A stretch of DNA of 64,000 bases from an uncultured Clostridium sp. (GTDB lineage: Bacteria > Bacillota > Clostridia > TANB77 > CAG-508). The stretch covers positions 39,592 through 103,591 of the forward strand of contig CAYMDN010000001.1 in the NCBI GenBank assembly GCA_964389545.1, read 5' to 3'. The notes under the pieces were generated by a model. That model was not told the origin of the DNA. It was given only the letters and a program-made list of their open reading frames with translations, and did no database searches. How positions within the stretch are numbered: the stretch's first letter is position 1; the number at the start of each line of letters is the position of its first letter. This document shows positions 42,001 through 51,895 of this stretch, in pieces. The translations under genes were made by a program, and so were the position numbers.

Positions 42001-43426
42001 TGAAAATGTTTTGGGATATCCCAAAATAAGTATTAATGATAATTTCTTTGAAATTGGAGGAGATTCATTATCAGCAATCAAATTACAAATTGAGGCTTTT
42101 AATAGTAATATCAACATTTCATATAAAGATATTTTCGCATATCCAACTATTAAATTATTAGCTAAACACATCTCTCAAGGAGACATCCCTTCAAACGATA
42201 ATAATACTATTGAAATTTATGATTATACAAAAATAAATAAACTTATTGCAAAAAACAAGGAGCCTAATAAGCCTAAACTAAAAAAAGAAAAATTAAAGAA
42301 CATTCTTCTCACTGGAGTTACAGGATACATGGGAAGTCATGTTTTGGATAATTTATTAAAACATACTAGAAGTAACATTTATTGTTTGGTCAGAGCTAAG
42401 AACCATACTGATTCGCAAACTAGATTAACAGATGTTTTACGATTCTATTTTGGAAATAAATACGATGATTTAATTTTTAAAAGAATTTTTGTTATAGAAG
42501 GCGATATTACTAGACCAAAGCTTGGTTTAAATGACCTATATTATGAACAAATTGGCAAAAGTATCTCTTGTGTAATTAATTGTGCTGCTATTGTTAAACA
42601 TTATGGTAATTCAGATATATTTAATAGCATCAATATAAAAGGAACAAAGAATATCGTTGATTTTTGTTCGAAATTTAATTGTAAATTAATGCATTTATCT
42701 ACATTAAGCGTTTCTGGAAATATGTTAGGTGAAGGTAACTCAAACGCTGATGCCCTTAAAGTTTTTACTGAGAAAAACTTGTATATTAGTCAAGATTTAT
42801 CAAACGTATATATAAATACTAAATTTATGGCCGAAAGATTAATTCTTGAAAATATTATAGAAAAAAATTTAAATGCTAAAATTATACGTTTAGGAAATAT
42901 TACAAATAGATATTCTGATGGAGCTTTCCAGATAAACGTTTCAGAAAATGCATTTTTAAATAAGCTTCATTCTTTTTTAGAAATTGGTTGTATACCAGAA
43001 AAGTTAAAAGACTTAGAAGTTGATTTTGCACCAGTTGATTTATGCGCATCAGCAATTGTTAATTTAACATTTTATGAAAATCCTTTTACAATTTTTCATG
43101 TTTCTCACAACAATCATATTTCTTTTGAAAAGTTAGTAAAAATATTTAATCTTTTAGATGTTAATTTAGAATTTGTTGATGAAGAAACATTTAGCAGAAA
43201 AGTAAAAAATCTATTAAAAAATCCAGAAACTAAAAACATTATTTCTGGTATTATAAATGATTTTGATAAGGACAAACACATAGATTATTCATCTAATATC
43301 AAAATTGATACAACTTTTACTACTAAATATCTAAAAAGGCTTTCTTTTAAATGGCCTAAAATTAATGAAAAATATATTCGTAAATATGTTTTATATTTAA
43401 AATCTATTGGTTATATTAATCAATAA
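39089..43426 (+). CDS. Single-module NRPS: condensation - adenylation - thiolation - thioester reductase (C-A-T-R)
   Basis: HHLISDAWSG (C), YTSGSTGNPKGV (A3), FDVS (A4), NAYGPTETT (A5), GELYIAGDNVGKGYLN (A7), YKTGDLVKW (A8), FFEIGGDSLSAIKL (PCP Ser), LLTGVTGYMGSHVL (NAD(P)-binding reductase). Confidence 0.85.
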   Translation: MQKNFYELTNPQKSIWYTEEAFKGTPIANITATVIIPQEVNFKLLERAINVFIEKTDGYRLKPFIKNDKVYQYVENYSNVPIETISINSDEDLQKRAKKIALTPFDTLGSSLYEFTLVKYSDCHGGFIVRLHHLISDAWSGVFNASEIIKIYSSLLKQEDISTIQYPSYLEYIQSEQEYVQSEKFNKDKTYWNSLFEKVPEIATIPSSSNFSENSSIGASIRKQFTIDTNCVDKINTFCKANKISVFNFFMAIFSVYLSRVSSLDEIVIGTPILNRTNVKEKHTSGMFINTIPIKISLKENMAFTTLASSISGDLFTMFKHQKYSYLSLLEDLRRSNNSITNLYDVFISYQNVRSSSNTSDVPFDIQWVHNDYTSDSLDIHIFDMNDAGSFNIAYDYQTIKYSETDIANIHERILHMIDQVLSTDSILIDDLGIITSEEKQKILVDFNKNTLEYDSSKSIKQLFEEQVDENSNNTAVIYKDDSLSYKELNVKSNILSHYLIKQGIKKGDIIPVLLDRSIDLIISMIAIIKTGAVYLPISNDCPSERINYILEDSKAKLVITSSNNNLIDSDSISTLLLDTFNYSNNSTKNTDVEISPNDILYIIYTSGSTGNPKGVRICNQNLNNFVNNFQNYFGGISPSDNCLASTNIGFDVSIFEFFTTLLSGATLHLYEENTITDIFKYCDDIVKHNITLLYIPPNILEEVYKILSTYDNVPIKKMLIGVEPISSKIIKKYYKLNKDMTIVNAYGPTETTICSTAVVLNNDLLNNYSIIPIGSPLANLKLYVLDKHLKPVPISMPGELYIAGDNVGKGYLNNKELTENSFIKLPNDICKKTAYKTGDLVKWNDDGTLSFISRIDNQVKINGHRIELGEIENCICRYPNIEKCIVLVNDKQKIIAYFSSAVNINISDLRVFLQRKLPSYFIPNNFVQVAKFKLTANGKIDKKALSKVKLEQSVYEAPKTDFQIQLAKLFENVLGYPKISINDNFFEIGGDSLSAIKLQIEAFNSNINISYKDIFAYPTIKLLAKHISQGDIPSNDNNTIEIYDYTKINKLIAKNKEPNKPKLKKEKLKNILLTGVTGYMGSHVLDNLLKHTRSNIYCLVRAKNHTDSQTRLTDVLRFYFGNKYDDLIFKRIFVIEGDITRPKLGLNDLYYEQIGKSISCVINCAAIVKHYGNSDIFNSINIKGTKNIVDFCSKFNCKLMHLSTLSVSGNMLGEGNSNADALKVFTEKNLYISQDLSNVYINTKFMAERLILENIIEKNLNAKIIRLGNITNRYSDGAFQINVSENAFLNKLHSFLEIGCIPEKLKDLEVDFAPVDLCASAIVNLTFYENPFTIFHVSHNNHISFEKLVKIFNLLDVNLEFVDEETFSRKVKNLLKNPETKNIISGIINDFDKDKHIDYSSNIKIDTTFTTKYLKRLSFKWPKINEKYIRKYVLYLKSIGYINQ

Positions 43427-43437
43427 TGGAGGTAATT

Positions 43438-45264
43438 ATGCTTGTAGATACATTTATACTTGTTGGATTAATTATATCGGTTTTATTAATACTCTTATTG
43501 TTTTTATTTGTTAGGAGACAACAACGACAGCCAAAAGTAAAAAAGCCCTTTATGTGCATTCTTTTATGCTTATTCATTTGTTCTTCTGGGCTTATTTTAC
43601 AAATTTTATTAACAAATAAATTACATGTTAATCCAATTTATTTTGAATATTTTGTTTATATTGGTACAGTTTTTTTGCCAGTTTCCTTCTTCGTCATGAT
43701 TTTAAACTTTACCAGACCCAATAATACAGTTAATATAAAATCTTTAATTGTTAAACTTTCTATAATACCTGTATTTTGCTTATTAACTTTATGGACTAAT
43801 GATTTTCACCATTTATTTTATAGTAAATATTCGCTAATACTATCTCAAGGAGAATATGGTCCATTTTTCTATTTAACTTCAGGTTATACATACTTATTAC
43901 TTGGAATAGTATTAATTTTACTTATTACATATAGTATTAAAAACATTAGATTTTATTTTATGCAAGCACTATTTATTTTTATCGGAATTTTAGTTCCTGT
44001 TACCGTTAATTTACTTGGTGTTTTTGGTGCTATAGATATGTATATTTATATGACACCTATGTACTTTACTGTTACACTATTATGTTTTGCTATATCTATA
44101 TTCAAATTTGGATTTATGAAAGTTTCTCCTGTTACTTTGAAAAATATAGTAAACAGAATTTCAGATGCCTATATTGTATTAAATGGCAACTTAGATATAT
44201 CTGATTGTAATGAGACTTTATTACATATGTTTAATATTGATAATATTGATTCCATTATCAACAAAAATTTATTTAATATAAATGGCACATTTTCTGATTT
44301 TAATAATATATCAAATAAAATAACTGTTGCAGCAAAAGAAACTCAAAATAGCCATGATACAATAGTTATAGAAGAATATTTTAAAGGAATTGAAAAGTAT
44401 TTTCACATTGAAATTAATGGAATAATTGAAAAAAATTCATTCCTTGGTACTTTAGTTCTTTTAAAAGATATAACTCAACACAAAATAGATATGCAAACTA
44501 TTCGCGATAATCAAGATATTCTTGTTGAAAAAGAGCGTTTAGCTTCTCTTGGTCAGATGATTGGAGGTATTGCTCACAATTTAAAAACACCTATAATGTC
44601 AATCTCTGGTGCTACTCAAGGTTTAACTGATTTAATAAATGAGTATTCAAGTTCTGTGGGAGATTCAGAAGTTACAAATGAAGATCATTTAGAAATAGCA
44701 AATGATATGAGAACTTGGATAGAGAAAATCCAAACACATTTATCTTATATGTCTGATGTAATAACTACAGTAAAAGGACAAGCTGTTACTTTCTCTGATA
44801 ACGCTTCATTTACTTCTTTTACTATCGAAGATTTAATAAGACAAGTAAATATATTAATGAAACACGAATTAAACAATGCTTTAGTTACACTTGAGGAAAA
44901 TGTCAAGGTCAATAAAGAAACCGTGGTAAAAGGTAATATTAACAGCTTAGTGCAAGTTATTAATAATATGATTTCAAATGCAATTCAAGCATATGACGGA
45001 AAAACTGAAGAAAAAATTATTCTTTCTATTTACAAAGATGATATTTCTCATTTACTTATAAGTGTTCAAGATTTTGCAGGTGGATTGCCTGATAATGTAA
45101 AAAATAGACTATTTAAAGAAATGATAACAACAAAAGGGAAAAATGGTACTGGACTTGGATTATTCATGTCCTACTCAAATATTAAAGCTCACTTTGATGG
45201 CGATATAGTTTTTGAAACAGAAAAAGGAAAAGGTACAACATTCTATATAGAAATACCAATATAA
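43438..45264 (+). CDS. Orphan sensor histidine kinase with N-terminal 7TM domain
   Basis: Seven hydrophobic helices, H-box IAHNLKTPIMSI, G-boxes GTGLGLF. No response regulator adjacent. Translationally coupled to the NRPS. Confidence 0.8.
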   Translation: MLVDTFILVGLIISVLLILLLFLFVRRQQRQPKVKKPFMCILLCLFICSSGLILQILLTNKLHVNPIYFEYFVYIGTVFLPVSFFVMILNFTRPNNTVNIKSLIVKLSIIPVFCLLTLWTNDFHHLFYSKYSLILSQGEYGPFFYLTSGYTYLLLGIVLILLITYSIKNIRFYFMQALFIFIGILVPVTVNLLGVFGAIDMYIYMTPMYFTVTLLCFAISIFKFGFMKVSPVTLKNIVNRISDAYIVLNGNLDISDCNETLLHMFNIDNIDSIINKNLFNINGTFSDFNNISNKITVAAKETQNSHDTIVIEEYFKGIEKYFHIEINGIIEKNSFLGTLVLLKDITQHKIDMQTIRDNQDILVEKERLASLGQMIGGIAHNLKTPIMSISGATQGLTDLINEYSSSVGDSEVTNEDHLEIANDMRTWIEKIQTHLSYMSDVITTVKGQAVTFSDNASFTSFTIEDLIRQVNILMKHELNNALVTLEENVKVNKETVVKGNINSLVQVINNMISNAIQAYDGKTEEKIILSIYKDDISHLLISVQDFAGGLPDNVKNRLFKEMITTKGKNGTGLGLFMSYSNIKAHFDGDIVFETEKGKGTTFYIEIPI

Positions 45265-45302
45265 AAAAACAAACCTCTCAGTTAACTGAGAGGTTTTATT
45301 TT

Positions 45303-46304
45303 TTAATATAAATAATATTGTGGATTGTATACTGCTCCATCTACTCTTATTTCTAAGTGTAAGTGTGGTCCTGTTGACCATCCTGTTGAACCAACTGCTG
45401 AAATTACATCTCCTTGATTTACGTAGTCTCCAACTGAAACATATAATTCACTGTTATGTGCATATAATGTTTCAACTCCATTACCATGGTCTATTTTTAT
45501 GCACCATCCATAACCTGTTGTTGACCATCCTGAATAATTAACTACTCCTGATGCTGCTGCATGAACTGGTGTTCCTATTGGAGCTGCTATATCTAATCCT
45601 TTATGATTTCCACTGCTTCTCATACCAAATCTTGATGTTATTGTGTATCCTGATGAAATTGGATGTATTAATGATACTCCATATTGTGCTAAATCAACTG
45701 GTGCAGACGCTATTGTTGTTGCTCCTGTGCTTCCTGCTGATACATATGTTACTGGTTTCTTTTCATATAGTCCTGCAACTATTGTATCTTGATCTTGGAA
45801 ATCTACCAACTGTGTGTTGTATACTTTAACATATGAAATTTCGTCTATGTTGTTACTGTTCTTTTCATCTAATTTATCAATTGCAGCTTCAGCTTCTTGT
45901 TTTGTAGATACATAATATTTTTCTTCGCCAGATTCAATAACTGCATAATATTGATAATATGTTGTTCCCAATTCTTTTATTTTTTCAATTATTTGGTTTG
46001 TATTTTCAACCTTTTCTCTTTTTACAAAACATAATGAATATTCTGGTAATTGTTTTATATCAATGAATGCTATATTTTGAGAATCTCCGCTTTCCATATA
46101 TTCATTAATCATCTTTTGTAATCCATTTTTATCATCAGTATATCCTACAAATTCTCCACCCAAAGTAACACTGTACGTTGTTTTATAGAATACTGAAATG
46201 GCTCCTCCTATGATTAATATTGGGATCAATAAAATTAACACGAATTTCAAAGAACTTCTAAGGTGTACAAATAATTTTTTAATACTCGTTAAAATTTTAA
46301 ACAC
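45303..46304 (-). CDS. M23/LytM-family peptidase with N-terminal TM
   Basis: HKGLDIAAP...HGNGVETLYAHN...GPHLHLEIR. Confidence 0.75.
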   Translation of the reverse strand: MFKILTSIKKLFVHLRSSLKFVLILLIPILIIGGAISVFYKTTYSVTLGGEFVGYTDDKNGLQKMINEYMESGDSQNIAFIDIKQLPEYSLCFVKREKVENTNQIIEKIKELGTTYYQYYAVIESGEEKYYVSTKQEAEAAIDKLDEKNSNNIDEISYVKVYNTQLVDFQDQDTIVAGLYEKKPVTYVSAGSTGATTIASAPVDLAQYGVSLIHPISSGYTITSRFGMRSSGNHKGLDIAAPIGTPVHAAASGVVNYSGWSTTGYGWCIKIDHGNGVETLYAHNSELYVSVGDYVNQGDVISAVGSTGWSTGPHLHLEIRVDGAVYNPQYYLY

Positions 46305-46478
46305 TCCTTTATTCTCATATTTAATTTTTGATATTTTACTTTGTTTTTTAATACAAAGTAGAATATTGTCATTGCCTATTATACCAAAAATTTATAACAA
46401 TGTCAAAAAAAATACACAAAAAAATTAAATTTTTTATATAAATAAAACTCCCTTATATAAGGAAGTTTCAGTATTTTA

Positions 46479-46724
46479 TTATTTAGATACTTCATTTTTT
46501 ACTTTTTGAATTTGATTTTGGTCTGCAGGACCTGCGGGTGTGTAGTATCCTTTTAATTGAGCTACTTTAAATAGTTCATATTGAAAGGCTTCGTCACTGT
46601 TTCTTATTTGTTGTACAGTTTGTCTCAATTGTACATTTTCCGCTTCTGATATTACACCTTGATATGTTGTAAGTGTAGCCTTAGTACCTTCTAATATGTC
46701 ATTTACCATATACTTTTCTTCCAT
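46479..46724 (-). CDS. CotF-like spore coat protein (C-terminal-type, 81 aa)
   Basis: Family resemblance only. Confidence 0.4.
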   Translation of the reverse strand: MEEKYMVNDILEGTKATLTTYQGVISEAENVQLRQTVQQIRNSDEAFQYELFKVAQLKGYYTPAGPADQNQIQKVKNEVSK

Positions 46725-46733
46725 ATATACCTC

Positions 46734-46919
46734 CTAATTTAAAAATGTTAATAATTTTTGTTTTGTATTTAAAGATTCTTGAGCTGCTTTTGTAAAAATT
46801 TGTTTAATTTGTGGATCAACACATTGTGTAGCATAATTATTTAATTTTTGGTAAGATGTGTCTTGTGCGCCTATTAAATGACGTAAGTTTTGTAATTCTA
46901 CTTGTGTTAAATTTGCCAT
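46734..46919 (-). CDS. CotF-like spore coat protein (Coat_F domain, 61 aa)
   Basis: LTQVELQNLRHLIGAQDTSYQKLNNYATQCVDPQIKQIF pattern. Confidence 0.45.
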   Translation of the reverse strand: MANLTQVELQNLRHLIGAQDTSYQKLNNYATQCVDPQIKQIFTKAAQESLNTKQKLLTFLN

Positions 46920-47026
46920 TTTATCATTCCTTTCCCTTAATATTTTACATTTATATTATTTACAAATATTTGGTTTTTATTCAAAAAAATAATTGTCAAA
47001 GGAAAAATTCCTTTAACAATTATTTT

Positions 47027-49297
47027 TCATCCTCGTATTTCAAGGTTTGCATATTTTGCCATTAATCGTTTATGTCCAACCTTTTCAAATGTTATATCTA
47101 ATTTTAAATCATCATCTTCTGGTGAAACCTCTGTAATTACACCTTCGCCAAATTTTTTATGGTATATGGTTTGTCCCGCTCTATATTGAGATAAATCTGC
47201 TGTTGCTGGTTTTGCTGATATTGAATTCAAAAAGCTTTCTGCAGTTCTAAATCCATATGAGCTTGCTGTTTTAGTCTTTTCTGGTACAGCTATGTATGAT
47301 TTTGTTGGTGATGTATGATTTCCATATTGCCATTCTCGATCTTCTACTTTTCTTTCTTTCATACCTTGTTTTTCAAGTAATTCTTCTGGTATTTCTTCAA
47401 GAAATCTTGATATTTTATTGCAAGATGTTGAACCAAATATTGTTCTTTGTTCTGCACATGTCATAAATAAATATTCTTTTGCCCTTGTTATTCCAACATA
47501 GCACAAACGTCTTTCTTCCTCTAACTCTCTTTGTTCTCCTATTGATCTGTAACTTGGGAATAATCCTTCTTCCATTCCGATTAGAAATACTACTGGAAAT
47601 TCAAGTCCCTTTGCAGTGTGTAATGTCATAAGTGTAACCGAATCTTCCTCTTCTTCCATATTGTCCAAATCGCTTGATAAAGTTATGCTTTCTAAGAAAT
47701 CTCCTAATGAATTTTCTGCATTTTGTTCTTCAAATTCCATTGCAACTGTTAAAAATTCATCTAAGTTCTCTATTCTACTCTTTGCTTGTGCGGTATTCTC
47801 TAATTCCAAAGCCTTTGTATATCCTGTTTTATTCAATACTTCCTTTAATATTTCCGATATAAGCATTTCTGATTTTTTCGCAGATAATTCTTCAATTATT
47901 CCTACAAATTCTCTTGAATTTAGGAACACCTTATTTAATCCATATTGCTCTGCATTTTTTATTATTTCATACATAGATGTTTCATTTATTTCAGCTAGAT
48001 TTGCTATTTTTTCTATGCTTGTAGCTCCAATTCCTCTTTTAGGTTCGTTTATAACTCTTTGCAAACTAATATTATCTACTGAATTTTGTATTAATCTCAA
48101 ATAAGCTATTGCATCTTTTATTTCTTTTCTTTCGTAGAATTTCAATCCACCTACTATTTTATATGGGATATTTTCTCTTCTTAAAATATCCTCCATACTA
48201 CGTGATTGGGCATTCATTCTATATAAAATTGTAAAATCTGTATTTTTATAATATTCTTCTCTTTTTAATCTGTTAATTTGTTCTACAACAAAGTTTGCTT
48301 CATCGTATTCGTTTCCAAGTCTTGCTACAACTGGAACATGTCCACCTTCTTGTTCTGTCCATAGATTTTTTTCATATTTTTTTTCATTATGTTTTATTAC
48401 AGCATTTGCAGCATCTAATATTGCTTTTGTTGATCTGTAATTTTGCTCCAGTTTGATGATTTTTGTTCCTGGAAAATCTTTTTCGAAATTAAGTATATTT
48501 GATATATCTGCTCCTCTGAAAGAGTATATTCCTTGGTCATTATCTCCTACAACTGTAATATTTCCATTTTTAGATGATAGTAATGTTATTAATGTAAATT
48601 GTGCTTTGTTTGTGTCTTGATACTCATCAACTAAAACATATTTGAATTTATCTGAATAATATTCTATAACATCTGGATTTTCCATCAATATTGTAATTGT
48701 TAGATTTATAATATCATCAAAATCTACACCATTGTTCTTTTTTAGTTTTCTTTGGTATAAGTCATATACCTCAGAAATTTTCTCTCTTCTATATTCTCCA
48801 TTTGCTCTTAATTTGTATTGAGTTGGTGTTAGCATTTCGTTCTTTGCGTTGCTTATTTCTGATAATACACCTCTATCTGTAAATATTTTATCATCAAGAT
48901 TCAATTCCTTTAAGCATTCTTTAACTAATGTTTTTTGGTCTGATGCGTCAAATATTAAAAAATCTGAATTATATCCAACTCTATCTATAAATTTTCTTAA
49001 TATTCTTAAGCAAATTGAGTGGAATGTTCCTACCCACATGTCATTTATTCCTTCGCCTATTAGTCCACCAATTCTTTCTTTCATCTCATTTGCTGCCTTA
49101 TTTGTAAATGTGATTGCTAATATATTCCATGGTTGTATGTTTTTTTCTCTAATTATGTATGCAATTTTATGTGTTAATACTTTTGTTTTTCCACTTCCTG
49201 CACCTGCTATTACCAAGCATGGTCCTTCTGTTTTTAATACTGCTTCTTGTTGTTTATCATTTAATCCTTCGAGTAATTCCATTGGTACATTTATCAT
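47027..49297 (-). CDS. pcrA: ATP-dependent DNA helicase PcrA/UvrD
   Basis: AGAGSGKTKVLTHKIAYII, UvrD motifs throughout, 756 aa. Confidence 0.9.
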   Translation of the reverse strand: MINVPMELLEGLNDKQQEAVLKTEGPCLVIAGAGSGKTKVLTHKIAYIIREKNIQPWNILAITFTNKAANEMKERIGGLIGEGINDMWVGTFHSICLRILRKFIDRVGYNSDFLIFDASDQKTLVKECLKELNLDDKIFTDRGVLSEISNAKNEMLTPTQYKLRANGEYRREKISEVYDLYQRKLKKNNGVDFDDIINLTITILMENPDVIEYYSDKFKYVLVDEYQDTNKAQFTLITLLSSKNGNITVVGDNDQGIYSFRGADISNILNFEKDFPGTKIIKLEQNYRSTKAILDAANAVIKHNEKKYEKNLWTEQEGGHVPVVARLGNEYDEANFVVEQINRLKREEYYKNTDFTILYRMNAQSRSMEDILRRENIPYKIVGGLKFYERKEIKDAIAYLRLIQNSVDNISLQRVINEPKRGIGATSIEKIANLAEINETSMYEIIKNAEQYGLNKVFLNSREFVGIIEELSAKKSEMLISEILKEVLNKTGYTKALELENTAQAKSRIENLDEFLTVAMEFEEQNAENSLGDFLESITLSSDLDNMEEEEDSVTLMTLHTAKGLEFPVVFLIGMEEGLFPSYRSIGEQRELEEERRLCYVGITRAKEYLFMTCAEQRTIFGSTSCNKISRFLEEIPEELLEKQGMKERKVEDREWQYGNHTSPTKSYIAVPEKTKTASSYGFRTAESFLNSISAKPATADLSQYRAGQTIYHKKFGEGVITEVSPEDDDLKLDITFEKVGHKRLMAKYANLEIRG

Positions 49298-49301
49298 CCT
49301 T

Positions 49302-50603
49302 TCATATTATATCTAAAATGTATTTTTCTGGTTCAACATTTTCTTCTACAATTTCATATGTTTCTCTTATTCTTTGAACTGCTTCTTTCCCAACCTGTTC
49401 ATTGTTTGCATGAACATAAGCAATTATATCTCCTGTTCCAACTTTATCTGCTATTTTTCTTTCTAATATAATTCCTACTGCATGGTCAATACTATCTTCT
49501 TTTTTTACTCTTCCTGCGCCTAAATCAACTGATATTTCTCCAACTGTTTTTGCATCTATTGCTGATATATATCCTGATTTTTCTGCAGTAACAGGCATAA
49601 CATATTCTGCTTTTTTAAATTTATCTGGATTTTCTATATAACTAATATCTCCGCCTTGACTTTGAATTAACTCTAAGAATTTGTTATATGCTTTTCCATT
49701 ATTTATATTTTCCATTATTTTATTTTTATTCTCTTCTATGTTGTCTCCCTCTCCTGCGAGTTTTATAATCTGGCTTCCTATTCCTAAAATAATTTCTTTA
49801 ATATCTTCAGGAAGATTTCCTTTTAAACATTCTATTGTTTCTAGTATTTCTAATGTATTTCCTACAGCCTTTCCAACTGGCTCGTCCATATTTGTTAAAA
49901 CACAGATTGTTTCTCTATTTGCTAATCTTCCTATGTCTTTCATTAACTTGGAAATCTCAACTGCATCTTCTTTTGTTTTCATGAATGCACCACTTCCAAC
50001 AGTTACATCTAAAACAATTTTTTCAGCTCCCGCAGCAATCTTTTTACTCATAATGCTTGAAGCAATAAGAGGTTTGCTACCAACACATGCAATTGTATCT
50101 CTTAATGCATAAAGCTTCTTATCAGCAGGTGCTAAGTTTGCAGTTTGTCCTATTACGCTAATTCCTGTCTTTTTTACTATTTCTATAAATTTATCTACTG
50201 AAACTTCAGTATTATATCCTGGGATGGACTCTAATTTATCTATTGTTCCACCTGTAAAACCAAGTCCTCTACCAGACATTTTTGCAACTGGTATTCCTAG
50301 TGATGCAATTATTGGCATTAATACTATTGTTATTTTATCACCTACACCACCTGTGCTATGTTTATCAACAACAGTTTTATTTAAAACAGATAGATCTAAT
50401 GTTTCTCCTGAATGTGCCATTGCTAGTGTTAACTCTGTTGTTTCTTCTTTTGTCATTCCATTTAAATATATTGCCATAACTAATGCTGCAGCCTGGTAAT
50501 CTGTTACATTACCTTTAACATATTCTGTTACAAAATATTTTATTTCGTCTTTACTTAAAATTTGATTGTCTCTTTTATGAGCTATAATTTGTTGTATGTT
50601 CAT
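49302..50603 (-). CDS. pdp: Pyrimidine-nucleoside phosphorylase
   Basis: HSTGGVGDK and family-wide similarity, 433 aa. Confidence 0.85.
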   Translation of the reverse strand: MNIQQIIAHKRDNQILSKDEIKYFVTEYVKGNVTDYQAAALVMAIYLNGMTKEETTELTLAMAHSGETLDLSVLNKTVVDKHSTGGVGDKITIVLMPIIASLGIPVAKMSGRGLGFTGGTIDKLESIPGYNTEVSVDKFIEIVKKTGISVIGQTANLAPADKKLYALRDTIACVGSKPLIASSIMSKKIAAGAEKIVLDVTVGSGAFMKTKEDAVEISKLMKDIGRLANRETICVLTNMDEPVGKAVGNTLEILETIECLKGNLPEDIKEIILGIGSQIIKLAGEGDNIEENKNKIMENINNGKAYNKFLELIQSQGGDISYIENPDKFKKAEYVMPVTAEKSGYISAIDAKTVGEISVDLGAGRVKKEDSIDHAVGIILERKIADKVGTGDIIAYVHANNEQVGKEAVQRIRETYEIVEENVEPEKYILDII

Positions 50604-50618
50604 ATATTTTCCTCCTTT

Positions 50619-51245
50619 TTATATGAAGTTTTTTATGAAACTCTTTCTGTGTAATGGACATGGTCCAATCTCTTTTATTGCTTGAATATGTTTTGCTGTT
50701 CCATATCCTTTATGTTGCGCAAAGCCATACTCTGGATATATTTCGTCGTATTCTTTCATTATTCTATCCCTAGTAACCTTTGCTATTATTGAAGCTGCTG
50801 ATATACTATATACTTTTGCATCTCCTTTTATAATTGATGTATACGGAATTCCACATGTATCAATATGTTCTAACGCATCTACAACTAATCTTTCTGGTTT
50901 TGTTTTTAGATTAGTTATTGCTAGTTTTAATGCTTTTTTGGTTGCATTTAAAATATTTATTTCATCAATTTCTTCTTGATCAACAATGCCTACAGCCCAA
51001 TCTATTGCTTCTTCTGTTATTTTCTCGTATAACATTTCTCTCTTTTTTTCAGAGATTTTTTTAGAATCATTTATCCCTTCTATAAATGATTCTGGCTTCA
51101 TAATTGCTATTCCAACTACAACAGGTCCTGCTAGAGGACCTCTTCCTGCTTCGTCAATTCCAGCAATACTAGTAACTCCAGTATTGTATAAGCTGACTTC
51201 AAATTCTTTTAATTTATTCAATCTCTCGATTTCTTTTTCCTTCAT
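50619..51245 (-). CDS. rnhB: Ribonuclease HII
   Basis: GIDEAGRGPLAGPVV. Confidence 0.85.
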   Translation of the reverse strand: MKEKEIERLNKLKEFEVSLYNTGVTSIAGIDEAGRGPLAGPVVVGIAIMKPESFIEGINDSKKISEKKREMLYEKITEEAIDWAVGIVDQEEIDEINILNATKKALKLAITNLKTKPERLVVDALEHIDTCGIPYTSIIKGDAKVYSISAASIIAKVTRDRIMKEYDEIYPEYGFAQHKGYGTAKHIQAIKEIGPCPLHRKSFIKNFI

Positions 51246-51752
51246 TTATGCACCTTCATTTTCTGCATTTTCTACTACATTATTATCTTCTTCAACTTTC
51301 TTTTCTGGTTGATCTTCTACTACAAAGCTACCTTCTAAACCTAGCGAATAATATACTTTACCTGAGTTATAATCAACAACATAAAATTCTTCCTCATTTA
51401 TTCTTATTTGTGATAGCCCATTTTGATTAACATCATCTTGTGTAATGATGTATAAATCTGAGTTTTCTATTTTTGATAGTTCGTTTTTAAATTCATCTGA
51501 AACTTTGTATCCTGTTTCGTTGTTGTTGATATCTAATTTTGTACCTAATAATGGTACAGTCTCGTCTACCATATGTTTATTACTAACATTTGTAGTTAAT
51601 GCTCTTATTGATAATACATGAGCATGAATATCTGCAACATTTTCTTCATCCGCTTTGTTCTTTATATATATTGCTCCCCATACAATTGCTATTATAAGTG
51701 CAACCGCAATAATAGTTAAGATTATTAATGAAGCGCCCTTTTCAGATTTCAT
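51246..51752 (-). CDS. membrane-anchored hypothetical protein (168 aa)
   Basis: N-terminal TM. ORF only. Confidence 0.4.
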   Translation of the reverse strand: MKSEKGASLIILTIIAVALIIAIVWGAIYIKNKADEENVADIHAHVLSIRALTTNVSNKHMVDETVPLLGTKLDINNNETGYKVSDEFKNELSKIENSDLYIITQDDVNQNGLSQIRINEEEFYVVDYNSGKVYYSLGLEGSFVVEDQPEKKVEEDNNVVENAENEGA

Positions 51753-51895
51753 TCATTTTCCACCTTTCTAAAATATTATCTATATTATATATGTATATTA
51801 CTCTTTTTTCAAGACTTTACTTTTTTTAATTTTCTTTTAATTTTATTGTTGTATTCTTTAAAATATAGATTATAATAGATATATGGAGGTTTTAT

